From an uncultured delta proteobacterium (GTDB lineage: Bacteria > Desulfobacterota > Binatia > Bin18), in assembly GCA_963733195.1 (NCBI GenBank), contig CAVTCR010000052.1:1-64000 (forward strand): 64,000 nt of DNA, written 5' to 3'. The notes under the pieces are model-generated. The model was not told where the DNA came from. It worked only from the letters and a program-made list of their open reading frames with translations, and ran no database searches. The translations under genes and the position numbers were made by a program. Positions 33,977 through 45,274 of this stretch are shown in pieces; position 1 is the first letter of the stretch; each line of letters begins with the position of its first letter.

Positions 33977-35713
33977 TCACCTCAACGAAAACACACGCCC
34001 TCTGGACAACGCTTTTGCGTCAAATGCAGCCATGACCTCATCTTTGAAATGCTTGAGGACTGAGGTAACGGGAAGAGGCGCTGCCTGTCCTAACCCACAG
34101 ATCGAGGTGAGTTGCATAGTTTCCGCGAGTTCACCGATCAGATCGATTTCTGTCGTCGTTGCCTGTCCATGTGTGGCGCGCTCAAGGATCTGCACGATCT
34201 TTTCACTACCAACGCGGCAGGGCACGCATTTACCACAGGATTCATTACGGAAGAACGTCACCACATTAAGGGCGGCGTCGAGCATGCAGGTTCCTTCCGC
34301 GAGCGCGACAACAGCGCCAGAACCGAGCATCGATCCCACTTGCGTCAACGCCTGAAAGTCGAGAGCAATGTTACTCATCGAAGCTGGAAGAAAGCCGGAC
34401 GAGGCTCCGCCAGGAGAGAAGGCTTTCAGCTTTCTGTTGCCATGAACTCCGCCGCCATACTGTCCAATGAATTCTTCGACAGACAAACCCAAGGGAACTT
34501 CATAGACCCCGGGTTTTACTACGTGACCACTGAGCCCCAGATATTTGAGACCGTTCTCATTGCGTCCTTGGCTTTTGAACCACGCGGCTCCACGTTTCAG
34601 AATGCCAGGAATCATGCACAGCGTTTCAACGTTATTGATCAGTGTCGGTTTCCCCCATAAGCCATGCGTGCCAGGAAACGGGGGTTTATTACGCGGCTCA
34701 GCGCGTTTCCCTTCAAGCGCTTCGAGAAGCGCAGTTTCTTCTCCACAAATATAACCGCCTGCGCTCACAAAGATTTCGACATTACAAGAGAAGTCTGAGT
34801 CGCCAATCTTTTCACCAACGAGCCCTGCTTTTCGCGCTTCGGTGATCGCGTTTTCTAGAACATGTTCCTGGTGTGGATATTCATGGCGGAGAAAAATGTA
34901 CGCTTGGCGCGCGCCGACAACGTAGGCAGCGAGGAGGATGCCTTCAAGCAGGAGATACGGAAAGTGCTCCATCAAAAACCGATCTTTGAAGGTGCCGGGT
35001 TCGCTCTCGTCTGCGTTGACAACGACATACTTCTGATCACCAGTTGCATTACGGACGATTTCCCATTTCAGCCCTGTAGGAAATCCGGCGCCGCCCATGC
35101 CACGCAAGTTGCTGTCTTTGAGCGTCTGAATGACTTGTGCAACATCGTGGGTAGACAGCAATTCTCGAAGAATGGAAAACCGGTCAGTAGGCTGGTCGTA
35201 GGGATCGATTGCATGGGTCGTTGATCCCTGCTGAATAAAGGAGGAGTCCGGGACTTTACCTTGGAGAAACGCCGTGAGTAGTGTCTCAAGTCGTTGGTCG
35301 TTTACTCCAGCATAGATGGTGTCGTTGATGGCAACCGCAGGCGCCTGGTCACAACGCCCAAGGCAAGAAACTGCGCCAGTCTCACAGCTAGTCTGTTTCG
35401 CCAAATGCCGCTTCGTTGTTGCAAGGGTTCGTTGGGCTCCGGCAATATGACAGGAGAGATCGGTACACACTTTCACATCGAGCTGTGGATGCGGGTGCAG
35501 TCGAAAATGCGGATAGAAGCTGGCGACTGCCTGTAACTTGTACAACGGCGTCGCGGTTCGTTGGGAAAACGCCTGTAATTCTGCCTCCGGTAGATAACCG
35601 AGACGATCCTGAATCGCTTTCAATTCACTGATGAGGTTCATCGAGGGCACTCTATCGCTAAAGGGTCCGTTGGGTCCATAGGGTCCAAAGAAGTCGTTCG
35701 TGTACGTTGCCAT
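33977..35713 (-). CDS. nuoF: Fused NuoE-NuoF (FdsG-FdsB-like) NADH-binding diaphorase subunit
   Basis: VASFY, CTDLSC..CLGRC; [34 protein letters not shown]. Confidence 0.92.
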   Translation of the reverse strand: MATYTNDFFGPYGPNGPFSDRVPSMNLISELKAIQDRLGYLPEAELQAFSQRTATPLYKLQAVASFYPHFRLHPHPQLDVKVCTDLSCHIAGAQRTLATTKRHLAKQTSCETGAVSCLGRCDQAPAVAINDTIYAGVNDQRLETLLTAFLQGKVPDSSFIQQGSTTHAIDPYDQPTDRFSILRELLSTHDVAQVIQTLKDSNLRGMGGAGFPTGLKWEIVRNATGDQKYVVVNADESEPGTFKDRFLMEHFPYLLLEGILLAAYVVGARQAYIFLRHEYPHQEHVLENAITEARKAGLVGEKIGDSDFSCNVEIFVSAGGYICGEETALLEALEGKRAEPRNKPPFPGTHGLWGKPTLINNVETLCMIPGILKRGAAWFKSQGRNENGLKYLGLSGHVVKPGVYEVPLGLSVEEFIGQYGGGVHGNRKLKAFSPGGASSGFLPASMSNIALDFQALTQVGSMLGSGAVVALAEGTCMLDAALNVVTFFRNESCGKCVPCRVGSEKIVQILERATHGQATTTEIDLIGELAETMQLTSICGLGQAAPLPVTSVLKHFKDEVMAAFDAKALSRGRVFSLR

Positions 35714-35827
35714 TCAGAGGGACACCTCGGCTCCGTCCTTGCCTTGACCCTCCTTTCTCGCTTCGTTAGTGTCCGCTAAGACGAAAGTCAATCCCAAAGC
35801 TCTTGAGACAGTGAGGAGGAAATTGTT

Positions 35828-37096
35828 TTGCCTCGTGCTTCGGCAGTTGTAGCTCCAGTCAAAGCGTTTTTCCGCGTTGTGACCTCAGCGGAGGCGCGTG
35901 CTCAATTGACTGCCTTTGCTCCGAAGACTCGTGTGGAAACCGTGCGGGTCGTTGAGGCGTACGGCCGAGTGCTAGCGAAAGCGTTAACCGCTCCGGTGGA
36001 TCTGCCACATTTCCACCGCACTAACATGGATGGCTATGCGGTGCGCGCCCAGGATACTTTCGGGGCCTCTCCGAGTATTCCTATGTATCTCAAGCTTGTG
36101 GGGACGGTAGAGATGGGGAAAGAGGCAAAACGTGCACTGAAAAAGGGTGAGACCATGCGCATTGCCACGGGCGGTATGTTACCTCCCGACGCAAACTCCA
36201 TGGTGATGGTCGAATACACGGAAGAGATGGGGGATGGAACCGTCGAAGTGCACCGCAGCGTCTCTCCTTGGGAAAATATCTTACGGATTGGTGAAGATAT
36301 CAAAAAAGGAGCCGCGGTTTTTCCGGCTGGGCGACGGCTCCGCGCACATGATGTAGGCGCCCTTACGGGGGTGGGGATTACTACCGTGCCGGTGTATCGT
36401 CGTCCCCTTGTGGCGCTGATTTCCACCGGAGATGAGATCGTGCCTCCTGAGCAAACTCCGAAACCAGGAGAAGTGAGAAATATCAATCAATACTCACTAC
36501 GTGCGATGATTCGCGAGGCTGGTGGAGAACCGCTTGACCTTGGCGTCGTGAAAGATGATCGCGCGACGTTCGAGAAGGCGATGGCTCAGGCGCTGAAAAA
36601 AGCTGATGTCGTCATGATTTCTGGTGGGAGTTCGGTCGGTATAAAAGACATGACTGTGGATGTACTTTGTTCCTTCTCGCGCTCGGAAATGTTCTTTCAT
36701 GGGATCTCGATTGCCCCTGGGAAACCGACGATTTTTGCCAAAGCTGAAGGAAAGCCGGTGATGGGGTTGCCTGGGCACCCGGTCTCGGCGCTCGTTGTTT
36801 TTGCGCTGTTTGGCGCACCGTTGATCCGCTTACTCGGTGGAGAGTCCGCGAGCACGGCCTTTGCGCCCCAGCATACGACGCGGGCAAAACTCGCGCAAAA
36901 TGTTGCCTCTGCGCCTGGACGCGAAGATTACGTGCGAGTTATTTTGGCACGAGAAAATGGAAGTTTACTTGCCCAACCCTTACCTGGTAAATCTGGCGCT
37001 GTCTTCAGTCTAGTGAAGGCTGACGGGATGGTGTGTATCCCTCACGATGAGGAGGGGAAGGAAGCCGGGGAGGAGGTCGAGGTGATTTTATTCTAG
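35828..37096 (+). CDS. moeA: Molybdopterin molybdo/tungsto-transferase
   Basis: MDGYAV, STGDE, SGGSSVG, PGKPT, LPGHP. Confidence 0.94.
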   Translation: MPRASAVVAPVKAFFRVVTSAEARAQLTAFAPKTRVETVRVVEAYGRVLAKALTAPVDLPHFHRTNMDGYAVRAQDTFGASPSIPMYLKLVGTVEMGKEAKRALKKGETMRIATGGMLPPDANSMVMVEYTEEMGDGTVEVHRSVSPWENILRIGEDIKKGAAVFPAGRRLRAHDVGALTGVGITTVPVYRRPLVALISTGDEIVPPEQTPKPGEVRNINQYSLRAMIREAGGEPLDLGVVKDDRATFEKAMAQALKKADVVMISGGSSVGIKDMTVDVLCSFSRSEMFFHGISIAPGKPTIFAKAEGKPVMGLPGHPVSALVVFALFGAPLIRLLGGESASTAFAPQHTTRAKLAQNVASAPGREDYVRVILARENGSLLAQPLPGKSGAVFSLVKADGMVCIPHDEEGKEAGEEVEVILF

Positions 37097-37194
37097 CAAT
37101 CTGAGGCTAAAGCCAAGGAAAATTTCTCTCTTTGGCGTTCCTCCTGGAGCGTCACGCTTACTTAATTTTTGTTCAAATTCGCGAGCCCTTTGCC

Positions 37195-39180
37195 ATGCAC
37201 GATCATCACGCTCCTGAACCTACATCCGCCCACGTCGAGCGCAAACGTTATCTAAAAAAGAAATCACTGCCTGAAGCGCTTGCCGTCTTTCTTGCCGCTG
37301 CTACGCCTCCTCATCGCGCGGAGCGGATTACCGTCGAAGAGACGCTGCATCGCACTATCGCCGAGCCGATCTTTGCTCTTCTCTCTGCACCCACACTACC
37401 ACGGAGCCGCCATGGATGGCATTGCCGTGCGAGCTGAGGACACGTTTGGCGCGAGTGAGTTTACCGCAGTGACGCTAACGTCGGCAGCTACCAGCGGGCG
37501 CAAAGCGAAACTCAACGGCGCGCACCCGGCTTTTCAATACGTGGATACCGGGAATCCGCTTCCTTCCTGGGCCAATGCGGTACATAATGATTGAGCGGGT
37601 GTTTAAGAAAAATGAGCAAGAGGTCGAGATTCGCGACGCCGCCACGCCGTGGCAACATGTCCGTTTAGTTGGTGAGGATATTGTCGCTACTGAGCCCTTG
37701 TTACCGCGTGGTCATAAGATACGACCCTATGACATTGGCGCGCTGCTTGCCGCGGGCCATACCCAGATTCCCGTCGTGGCGAAGCCGACCGTGGGCATTA
37801 TTCCTACCGGTTCAGAATTGATCGAACCCGGAGAAGCGCCGCGACCTGGGCGGATTATTGAGTTCAATTCCCGTGTTGTTGCGGCATTTACTGAAGAGTG
37901 GGGAGGTCTGCCTCGACGCCTCCCGCGAGTGGTCGATGATCTTCCGACCATCATCAAGGCGCTCAACCAGGCCGTGAAAGATCATGACATTGTCGTGATC
38001 ATTGCTGGCTCTTCGGCTGGTGAACATGACTTTACTGTGCATGCATTGGAGTCCTGCGGTGAAGTGTTAGTGCATGGCATCGATGTTATGCCCGGGAAAC
38101 CCGCGATTCTGGCGGTGAGCGAGGGAAAACCAGTGATTGGCCTCCCTGGGTATCCAGTGTCGGCGGTAGTGATCTGCCAGCAAATCCTGCGTCCTTTGAT
38201 TGCTCATTTCTTAGGTCGGACGGCTGAGGAACCACCGAAGGTCAAAGCCTTCCTGCCGCGCAAAATTCCCTCCCGTTTAGGGTTGGAGGAGTTTGTGCGC
38301 GTGAGTCTCGGTCAAGTCGGTGACCGCGTGATCGTCAATCCCCTCGGTCGCGGCGCGGGTGTGATCACCACGATGGTGAAGGCTGATGGCGTGCTGCGTA
38401 TCCCTTCACTTGATGAGGGGTTGAATGCTGGACAAGAGGTGGAGGTCGAACTCTTACGCCCTGCTGAAGAGATCGCCACCACGATTCTTTTTACCGGCAG
38501 TAATGACCTCACTATCGGTGTCCTTGACGACCAAGTACGCGCCCAGCATCCGGGTCTACGCATTTCAGCGAGCAGCATTGGTTCTCTTCGGCGGACTGAT
38601 TGCCCTCAAACGAGGCGAAGCTCACATCGTTGGTAGTCATCTGCTTGACCCTATTACTGGCGTTTACAATCTCCCGGACCTGAAAAAGCAACAGTTACGC
38701 TCGAAGGTTGTGTTGATGAACCTGGTCGTTCGGGAGCAGGGGCTGATTGTTCCTAAAGGGAATCCCAAAAAGATTCGGGGAATCAAAGACCTCACTCGTC
38801 CTGACGTTACCTTCATTAACCGCCAGCCCGGTGCTGGTACTCGAGTGCTGCTCGACTATAAGCTCGCCAAGCTGAAAATGAAGCCTCAACAGGTGCGCGG
38901 CTACGAGCGTGAAGAAGTGACGCATATGGCAGTAGCAGTTGCTGTCGCTAGCGGGCTAGCGGATACGGGGCTTGGCATCAAATCCGCCGCCAAAGCGTTG
39001 GGCTTAGATTTCGTCCCAGTCGAGCGGGAAGATTACGATCTCGTGTTTCTCAAGAATTTCTTCTCCAGTGAGATGGGCCAGAAGTTGGTGAGCGTCATTC
39101 GTTCCAAAGAGTTCAAACAAGCAGTCGCGCGACTTGACGGCTACGCTACTGCGAAGACGGGAACGATCAAAAAAATATAA
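37195..39180 (+). CDS. moeA: MoeA-PBP fusion (frameshifted)
   Basis: AMDGIAV, PTGSE, AGSSAG, PGKP, LPGYP; C-terminal GSND, NRQPGAGTR, EDYDL. Confidence 0.88.
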
Positions 39181-39189
39181 CCTTCACCC

Positions 39190-39729
39190 TCATGCCAGTT
39201 CCTTCGAACTTGGCGAGATAGCCGACACACATCGACGTATAAACAAATCTTCGGGTGAGTAATAAGGCGAGTCAAAGCTCTTGGCGTCGAGCGCCTCTAT
39301 CTGTGTTTGCTGCCGGGTGAGATAGTCACGACAGATAGTGAGTTGCGCCTCGATAAGCGCGTGGGTCTTTGTCGCACTCAAACGTCGGGCAAAATAGAGC
39401 TTCAGGAGAAAATCAAGGCGGACTTCGCGAATGCGCGCCACCGGACGATAGACCCAAGCGAGAAAAAGTTCCGCAGCCCCTGCGGTTAAGGAAAAGACCG
39501 TCCGTGGGGGTTGGGCACCCACGGTCTCGCGTTTGCCAGAGAGGAGCCCATGCTCCTGCAAATCCTTCAGAAAGCTATAGACCGTGCTGATATCTGCGGG
39601 CACGACTTGCCCTAAGTCGATGTCTAGTTTGAAATGCTGGGCGATCTCGTAGCCGTGCATAGATTGTTCGTGCAGCAGGCCAAGAATGGCATAGGCTGTG
39701 GGGGTTAGATTGACATGAAGAAGAGACAT
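39190..39729 (-). CDS. PadR family regulator (3' end possibly frameshifted)
   Basis: YAILGLL..MHGYEI, TVY..L, LLKLYF. Confidence 0.85.
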   Translation of the reverse strand: MSLLHVNLTPTAYAILGLLHEQSMHGYEIAQHFKLDIDLGQVVPADISTVYSFLKDLQEHGLLSGKRETVGAQPPRTVFSLTAGAAELFLAWVYRPVARIREVRLDFLLKLYFARRLSATKTHALIEAQLTICRDYLTRQQTQIEALDAKSFDSPYYSPEDLFIRRCVSAISPSSKELA

Positions 39730-39830
39730 CGCTATATCGACGCCCGAATAATTGGTAACGGAGTATAGGTGGACTGCTGAATCGTCAAGGACGGGAAAGG
39801 AGGAAGAGAGCGTGCTCATCATGTCGCGTA

Positions 39831-41449
39831 GTGGTAGCGGAGCGTAACGACGTGGAAACGCGCCGCCGGAGTGCTGTGGCTTTTTTCTCTTCCCTTCCAA
39901 TTGGCTTTGCGGGGGGACTGATTGGCCTGGGCGGGGCAGAATTTCGCCTGCCGGTGCTGGCTGGTCCTCTGGGCTACTCCCCGCATCAAGCCGTGCCACT
40001 CAATCTCGCCATTAGCCTTGTGACACTGCTGGTGGCGCTGGTGAGCCGGACGACGACACTGTCTCTTGTGCCTCTTGACTCTTTTCGCGCCAGCAATACT
40101 TGCGCTCATTATGGGTGCGGTGATCACGGCGTTTCTGGGAGTCACCTTTCTCCATCGTCTTTCGGAAGAGCGGCTCACTCGGGTGATTTTCTTCCTCCTC
40201 GCTAGTATTGGAGTAGCCTTATTCTCGAAGGCTTTTTGCCGCAGAACCTTCCAGGATTTCTGCCGTCTGCCTTACGTGGCGTGTAAGTGCAGGCCTCCTT
40301 TTTGGACTTGCGATCGGCTTCGTCAGTAGTCTTCTTGGGGTGGCAGGCGGGGAACTGATTATCCCGACGCTCGTCTTTGCGTTTGGGGCGGATATCAAAA
40401 CGGCAGGCACAGCAAGTCTCCTGATAGGTATGCCGACGGTATTGGTAGGAGTCCTGCGCTATGCAAGTCGCGGGGCTTTCACTGAACGGCGGCTTCTTCG
40501 CGAGACGGCGCTGCCTATGAGCGTTGGGTCACTCCTTGGCGCAACTGCTGGCGGCCTGCTTGTTGGCGTGATTCCAGCAGGGGTTCTTAAGGTTGTCCTG
40601 GGTATCATCCTCAACGGATCTGCCTTTCATATTTTCCACCGGAGAAAGGCGCTCAAGAGACAGAACGAATCTGAGCACGTACCTCAATTCTCTCCGGTAT
40701 CGCCTTCGGAGGTGCATCTTGCCACCACCACCAGCGTGCAGGACACATACCTGCTTGCTGCTGTGCTTCCGCTCTTTGAGCAAGAAAGCGGCTATCGGGT
40801 ACAGAACACTTGTGGTCGGAACTGGACGGGCACTGGCGCTAGCGAGACAGAGTGAGGCTGACCTCGTCTTTACTCACGCACCAGCAGCGGAGAAGTCTGC
40901 CCTTCTCGCAGGCACGGTGATGAACCGTCGCTTGGTGATGCACAATACCTTTCTGCTTGCTGGCCCAGCAGCGGACCCCGCTCAGACGAGAGGAAGTCTC
41001 ACCATCTCTGAAACCCTGGCAAAGATTGCCCAGGCACGCGCCTCTTTGTGTCCCGAGGTGATGAGTCCGGCACTCACCTCTTTGAAAAGCAGCTCTGGGA
41101 GCAGGCGGGCGTTACCCCAGCAGAGCCCTGGTATGTGACCACGAACCAAGGCATGGGGAACACGCTTGAGGTGGCGGGAAGAAAGCACACCTATGTGTTG
41201 ACTGACCGGGCAACCTACACCGCGTTTCAGCAGCGCGTAGGGCTGGTCATCCTGTTCGAAGGTGACTCAGAGTCATTAAATCCCTACCATGTGATGGAAG
41301 TCACTCCAACGCAGCGGCCTAGGGGCAATCCCTTGGGTGGAAAAGCCTTGGCGGATTTTTTTTCGACTCCGGTGCAGAACTTGCTTTCCACGTTTGGGGC
41401 GGAGCGGTTTGGCGAGCCCCTCTTTCATCCTGCTTGCCGAGGCGAGTGA
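39831..41449 (+). CDS. TSUP (TauE/SafE) permease fused to a TupA-like tungstate-binding domain (frameshifted)
   Basis: GGLIGLGGAEFRLP and GVAGGELIIP repeats; ORF 40340-40855 runs from TSUP TMs into LATTTSVQD; SRGDESGTH, TDRATY. Confidence 0.75.
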
Positions 41450-41505
41450 CGTTTCTAAGGAAGTTCTTGTTCGTCTTTTGCGGGCATGATAGACACTTGA
41501 GAAGA

Positions 41506-41535
41506 AATTCGTACTAATTCGTACCAATTCTTACT
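41506..41535. promoter_or_regulatory. Three tandem 10-bp repeats upstream of aor (candidate TaoR-type site)
   Basis: AATTCGTACT AATTCGTACC AATTCTTACT. Confidence 0.65.
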
Positions 41536-41566
41536 TCTGCAACGTTGTCTATGTAGGGAGGGCGTT

Positions 41567-43372
41567 ATGCAAGGCGCAACTGTTCTGCGTGTCAACCTGA
41601 GTACTGGCCAGATCCGCAAAGAAGCAGTGCCAGAGCAAATGATCAAAACCTTTATTGGCGGTCGTGGGGTGGGCAGCAAGCTGCTGATGGACAACATGGA
41701 CCCCAAGATCGACGCTCTTGATCCGCGCAATCCGCTCATTTTTGCCACTGGTCCGGTCACTGGAACCTATGCGCCGACTGGTGGCCGCTACATGGTCATT
41801 ACCAAGTCACCACTGACTGGAGCGATCGCTTGCTCGAACTCTGGTGGATATTGGGGACCCGCATTACGCTATGCGGGCTACGAATATCTGCTCCTTGAGG
41901 GCAAGGCGAAAGAACCCAGTTATCTCTACATCCATGATGACAAGGTCGAGATCCGCAGTGCCAAGCACCTTTGGGGCAAAATCGTCGACGACACAGAAAA
42001 CATGATTCGTGAAGAGACCCATCCTGAAGTGCGGGTCGCGTCGATCGGCCAAGGAGGTGAAAACCTCGCACGCACCGCCTGCGTCATGAACGATAAAGGA
42101 CGTGCCGCTGGTCGTTCCGGAGTCGGTGCGGTCATGGGCTCGAAGAACCTCAAAGCCGTCGCTGTCCTTGGCACCAAAGGGTTGAAGATTGCCAATCCTG
42201 CCGCATTTACGCAGGCGGTGTTGAAAGGCCGTGACAAGCTGGTGAAAGGTCCGACCACTGCCGGTCTCACCATGTTGGGTACGGCAGGCACGGTGTCCTA
42301 TATGAACATGGTCGGTATGTTGCCGACCAACAATTTCCAGATGGGCGTTTTTGCAGGGGCAGCGGCTGTCGATGGTACGGTCGTCAAGAAAGACTTCATG
42401 ACGCGTAACCGTGGCTGTCATAGCTGCATGATTCATTGTGGTCGGGTGACGAAAGTCACCGGACACGGCCAGTTTGACGGTCGAGGTGAAGGGCCGGAAT
42501 ACGAAACGATCTACGGCGTTGGCACGATCTGCGGCGTCGATAACCTCGCTGCTGTCATCAAAGCAAACTACTTGTGCAATGAGTATGGATTAGACACCCT
42601 CGAAGCCGGCATCTCTATTGGTACGGCGATCGAGTTGGCGGAGAAAGGCTATATCCCTGAGAGCGACATCGGCTTTCCGTTGAAATTCGGTGATGCTGAT
42701 GCCATGGTCAAGTTGCTCGAAGCCCAAGCCTTCCGCAAAGGTCCGATTGGTCACTGGCTGGCAGAAGGCGGGTTTCGTCTCGCGGAACACTACGGGCATC
42801 CAGAACTGTTCATGGGCTCGAAAAAGCAGGGTTTTGCCGCCTACGATCCGCGCGGCTCGATCGGTATGGGGCTGGCCTACGCCACCTCGAACCGTGGTGC
42901 CTGCCATCTGCGTGGCTATACCATTTCGCTTGAGCACTTCGGCAATCCCATCAAGCTGGACCCATTTACGATGAAAGACAAACCGTACTGGCTTACCATC
43001 CTGCAAAACACGACGTCGTTCGTCGATGCGTCGGGTATTTGCTTGTTCTCGACCTTTGACATGAGTCCTGGTGAAGATGTGACGGCGATGGTCAGTGAGT
43101 CGCTCGGGTACAATGTAGGCGGACCGGAGGAGATGCTCACAATTGGTGACCGCATTTGGAATCTAGAGCGCATGTTTAACAATGCGGCTGGATTGACTCG
43201 CGCGGATGACAGCCTGCCGCCGCGTATCACCAACGAGCCGTTGACCGAAGGACCGAGCAAGGGGCACGTCGTTGACCTGCCGCCCATGCTGGATGAGTAC
43301 TATCAACTGCGTGGCTGGGATACTCAAGGACGACCGACGAGCGATAAATTGCGCCAACTGGGGCTTGCGTAA
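41567..43372 (+). CDS. aor: Tungsten aldehyde oxidoreductase catalytic subunit (AorB-like)
   Basis: KSPLTG, GRSGVGAVMGSKNLKA, CHSCMIHC, GPEYET, RGACH, YYQLRGWD. Confidence 0.94.
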   Translation: MQGATVLRVNLSTGQIRKEAVPEQMIKTFIGGRGVGSKLLMDNMDPKIDALDPRNPLIFATGPVTGTYAPTGGRYMVITKSPLTGAIACSNSGGYWGPALRYAGYEYLLLEGKAKEPSYLYIHDDKVEIRSAKHLWGKIVDDTENMIREETHPEVRVASIGQGGENLARTACVMNDKGRAAGRSGVGAVMGSKNLKAVAVLGTKGLKIANPAAFTQAVLKGRDKLVKGPTTAGLTMLGTAGTVSYMNMVGMLPTNNFQMGVFAGAAAVDGTVVKKDFMTRNRGCHSCMIHCGRVTKVTGHGQFDGRGEGPEYETIYGVGTICGVDNLAAVIKANYLCNEYGLDTLEAGISIGTAIELAEKGYIPESDIGFPLKFGDADAMVKLLEAQAFRKGPIGHWLAEGGFRLAEHYGHPELFMGSKKQGFAAYDPRGSIGMGLAYATSNRGACHLRGYTISLEHFGNPIKLDPFTMKDKPYWLTILQNTTSFVDASGICLFSTFDMSPGEDVTAMVSESLGYNVGGPEEMLTIGDRIWNLERMFNNAAGLTRADDSLPPRITNEPLTEGPSKGHVVDLPPMLDEYYQLRGWDTQGRPTSDKLRQLGLA

Positions 43373-43385
43373 TAGGGGAGGGGAT

Positions 43386-43850
43386 ATGAAACAGATTGTT
43401 GTTCATCAAGAAAAGTGTACCGCCTGTCGTGAGTGTGAATTAGCCTGTTCGTTTTCTCACGAAGGCTCTTTCATTCCCACTCTTTCACGCATTCGGATTG
43501 CTGACTTCTATGAGGAGCAGTTCTATCAACCGATGGTGTGTGTGCATTGCGCCGATGCGCCGTGTGCGGCGGTGTGCCCGACTGTGGCAATCCAACGTCA
43601 AGCAGACGGGCAGATCAAGGTTATCGAAGACCGCTGTATTGGCTGCAAGATGTGCCTGCTTGCGTGCCCCTTCGGCGTGATGGGGTTCTCACCGGATAAA
43701 GGTGTGGCGCACAACTGTGATTTCTGCGACGGCGATCCGCAATGCGTACAGTTCTGTACTCCAGGGGCCTTGGAATTTGCTGATGTTGTGGCGGCGTCTG
43801 CTCCGGCGAGGCAAAAAGCGGCAGCCGCCCTAGGGTTGCCGCAGGCGTAA
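43386..43850 (+). CDS. 4x[4Fe-4S] ferredoxin subunit (AorA-like)
   Basis: CTACRECELAC, CVHC..PCAAVCP, CIGCKMCLLACP, CDFC..CVQFC. Confidence 0.92.
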   Translation: MKQIVVHQEKCTACRECELACSFSHEGSFIPTLSRIRIADFYEEQFYQPMVCVHCADAPCAAVCPTVAIQRQADGQIKVIEDRCIGCKMCLLACPFGVMGFSPDKGVAHNCDFCDGDPQCVQFCTPGALEFADVVAASAPARQKAAAALGLPQA

Positions 43851-44017
43851 CGCGTGGAAGTCTCGTGTAACGTGGTGCAAGTAGTGGAACGTGAAAGATC
43901 GGAAAGGAACGCCTGCTGGGTGAATTTCGAGGCTGTCGGGCATGACACGTTCATCGTAACACGCAGTATGCGACATGATGCCAACATCACGATCTGTGAT
44001 TGAATCGGAGGGGAAGC

Positions 44018-45272
44018 ATGGCCACGAAATATGTGCTCATTGGCAATAGCGCAGCCTCGTTAGCCGCAGTGGACGGTATCCGAAAATTCGACAAACAAGG
44101 CGAAATCACCATCATCAATCGCGAGACCGGTCCCGCGTACTCCCGCGTTGCTCTTCCCTACTATGTGGCAGGAGAGATGACGCTCGACGATCTCTTGATT
44201 CGTCAGAAACCTGATTACCAAAAGATTGGTGTCTCGCTGGTTGAAAAAGAGAACGTGAAGGCCATCAACCCATCCGCAAAGCAGGTCGAGTTAGAAAGCG
44301 GGAAGAAAGTCAGCTACGACAAGTTGCTGATCGGGACGGGTTCAGAGACGATCGTTCCGCCGATTCAGGGCCTTGCGCAGGTTCCGCATCACTATCTGTG
44401 GACACTTGATGACGCGATCGGCATGAAAAAAGCCACTGAGAAAGCAAAGACCGCAGTGGTGATCGGTGGTGGCTTCATTGGCATGCTTGCTGCCGAAGCT
44501 CTGCGGAAGTTAAAGATCAAACTGACGATTGTGGAGATGGCGCCGATTCTCCTGCCGCAGTTGCTTGATGAAGGAGCTGGCAAACTGTTCCTCAAGGCGG
44601 TTCGTGATGAAGGTGTGACGGTGCGGACTGGTTCGCTCGTGTCGGCGGTAGCACAGAAGAATGACGGTATCGAAGTCACGCTGAAGAATGGTGATACTTT
44701 TACCGTTGATATGGCTGTGGTGGCGACCGGTGTTCGTCCCCACGTCGGTTTCTTACAGAATGGCGCGGTCACTCTCAATAAAGGCGTGCTGGTGAACGAG
44801 TACCTACAGACGAATCATCCTGATATCTACGCGGCTGGTGATGTAGCCGAGACCAAAGATTTCTTGTCGGATGATCGTTCGATTTATGCGATCTGGCCAA
44901 CAGCGATTGATCAAGGACGGGCAGCAGGCACGAACATGGCCGGTAAGAAACAAGCCTACCCTGGCAGTCTTGGGATGAATGTCGTTGAGTTGTTCAATGT
45001 TACTCTGGCGCAGCTTGGGCGTTTCCGTGAAGGACCTGGGGACGACGTAAAAATGCTGTCCAAAGGGAGACGACGAGACGTATCGGAAAATTGTCGTTGA
45101 TAAGAACGGAACCCTGGTCGGTGCGGTTTATGTAGGGAACGAGAATGGCGTCGCGGAGATGGGTGTCATTCATAGTGCTATCAAGCGGCGTGAGAAGTGG
45201 CAGGGCTTCAAAGACGGACGTCCACCGCAGTTCACATACGGTGCAGTCATGCATAACGTGCCTCGGTATTAG
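44018..45272 (+). CDS. FAD/NAD-dependent oxidoreductase (AorC-like), frameshift near 45065
   Basis: IGNSAA, GTGS, IGGGFIG, ATGVRP, YAAGD. Confidence 0.88.
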
Positions 45273-45274
45273 TT

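Noticed and set aside
39728-39752. ATCGCTATAT ModE half-site or PadR operator at the padR start
   Set aside because: No matching second half at the right spacing; palindrome is weak
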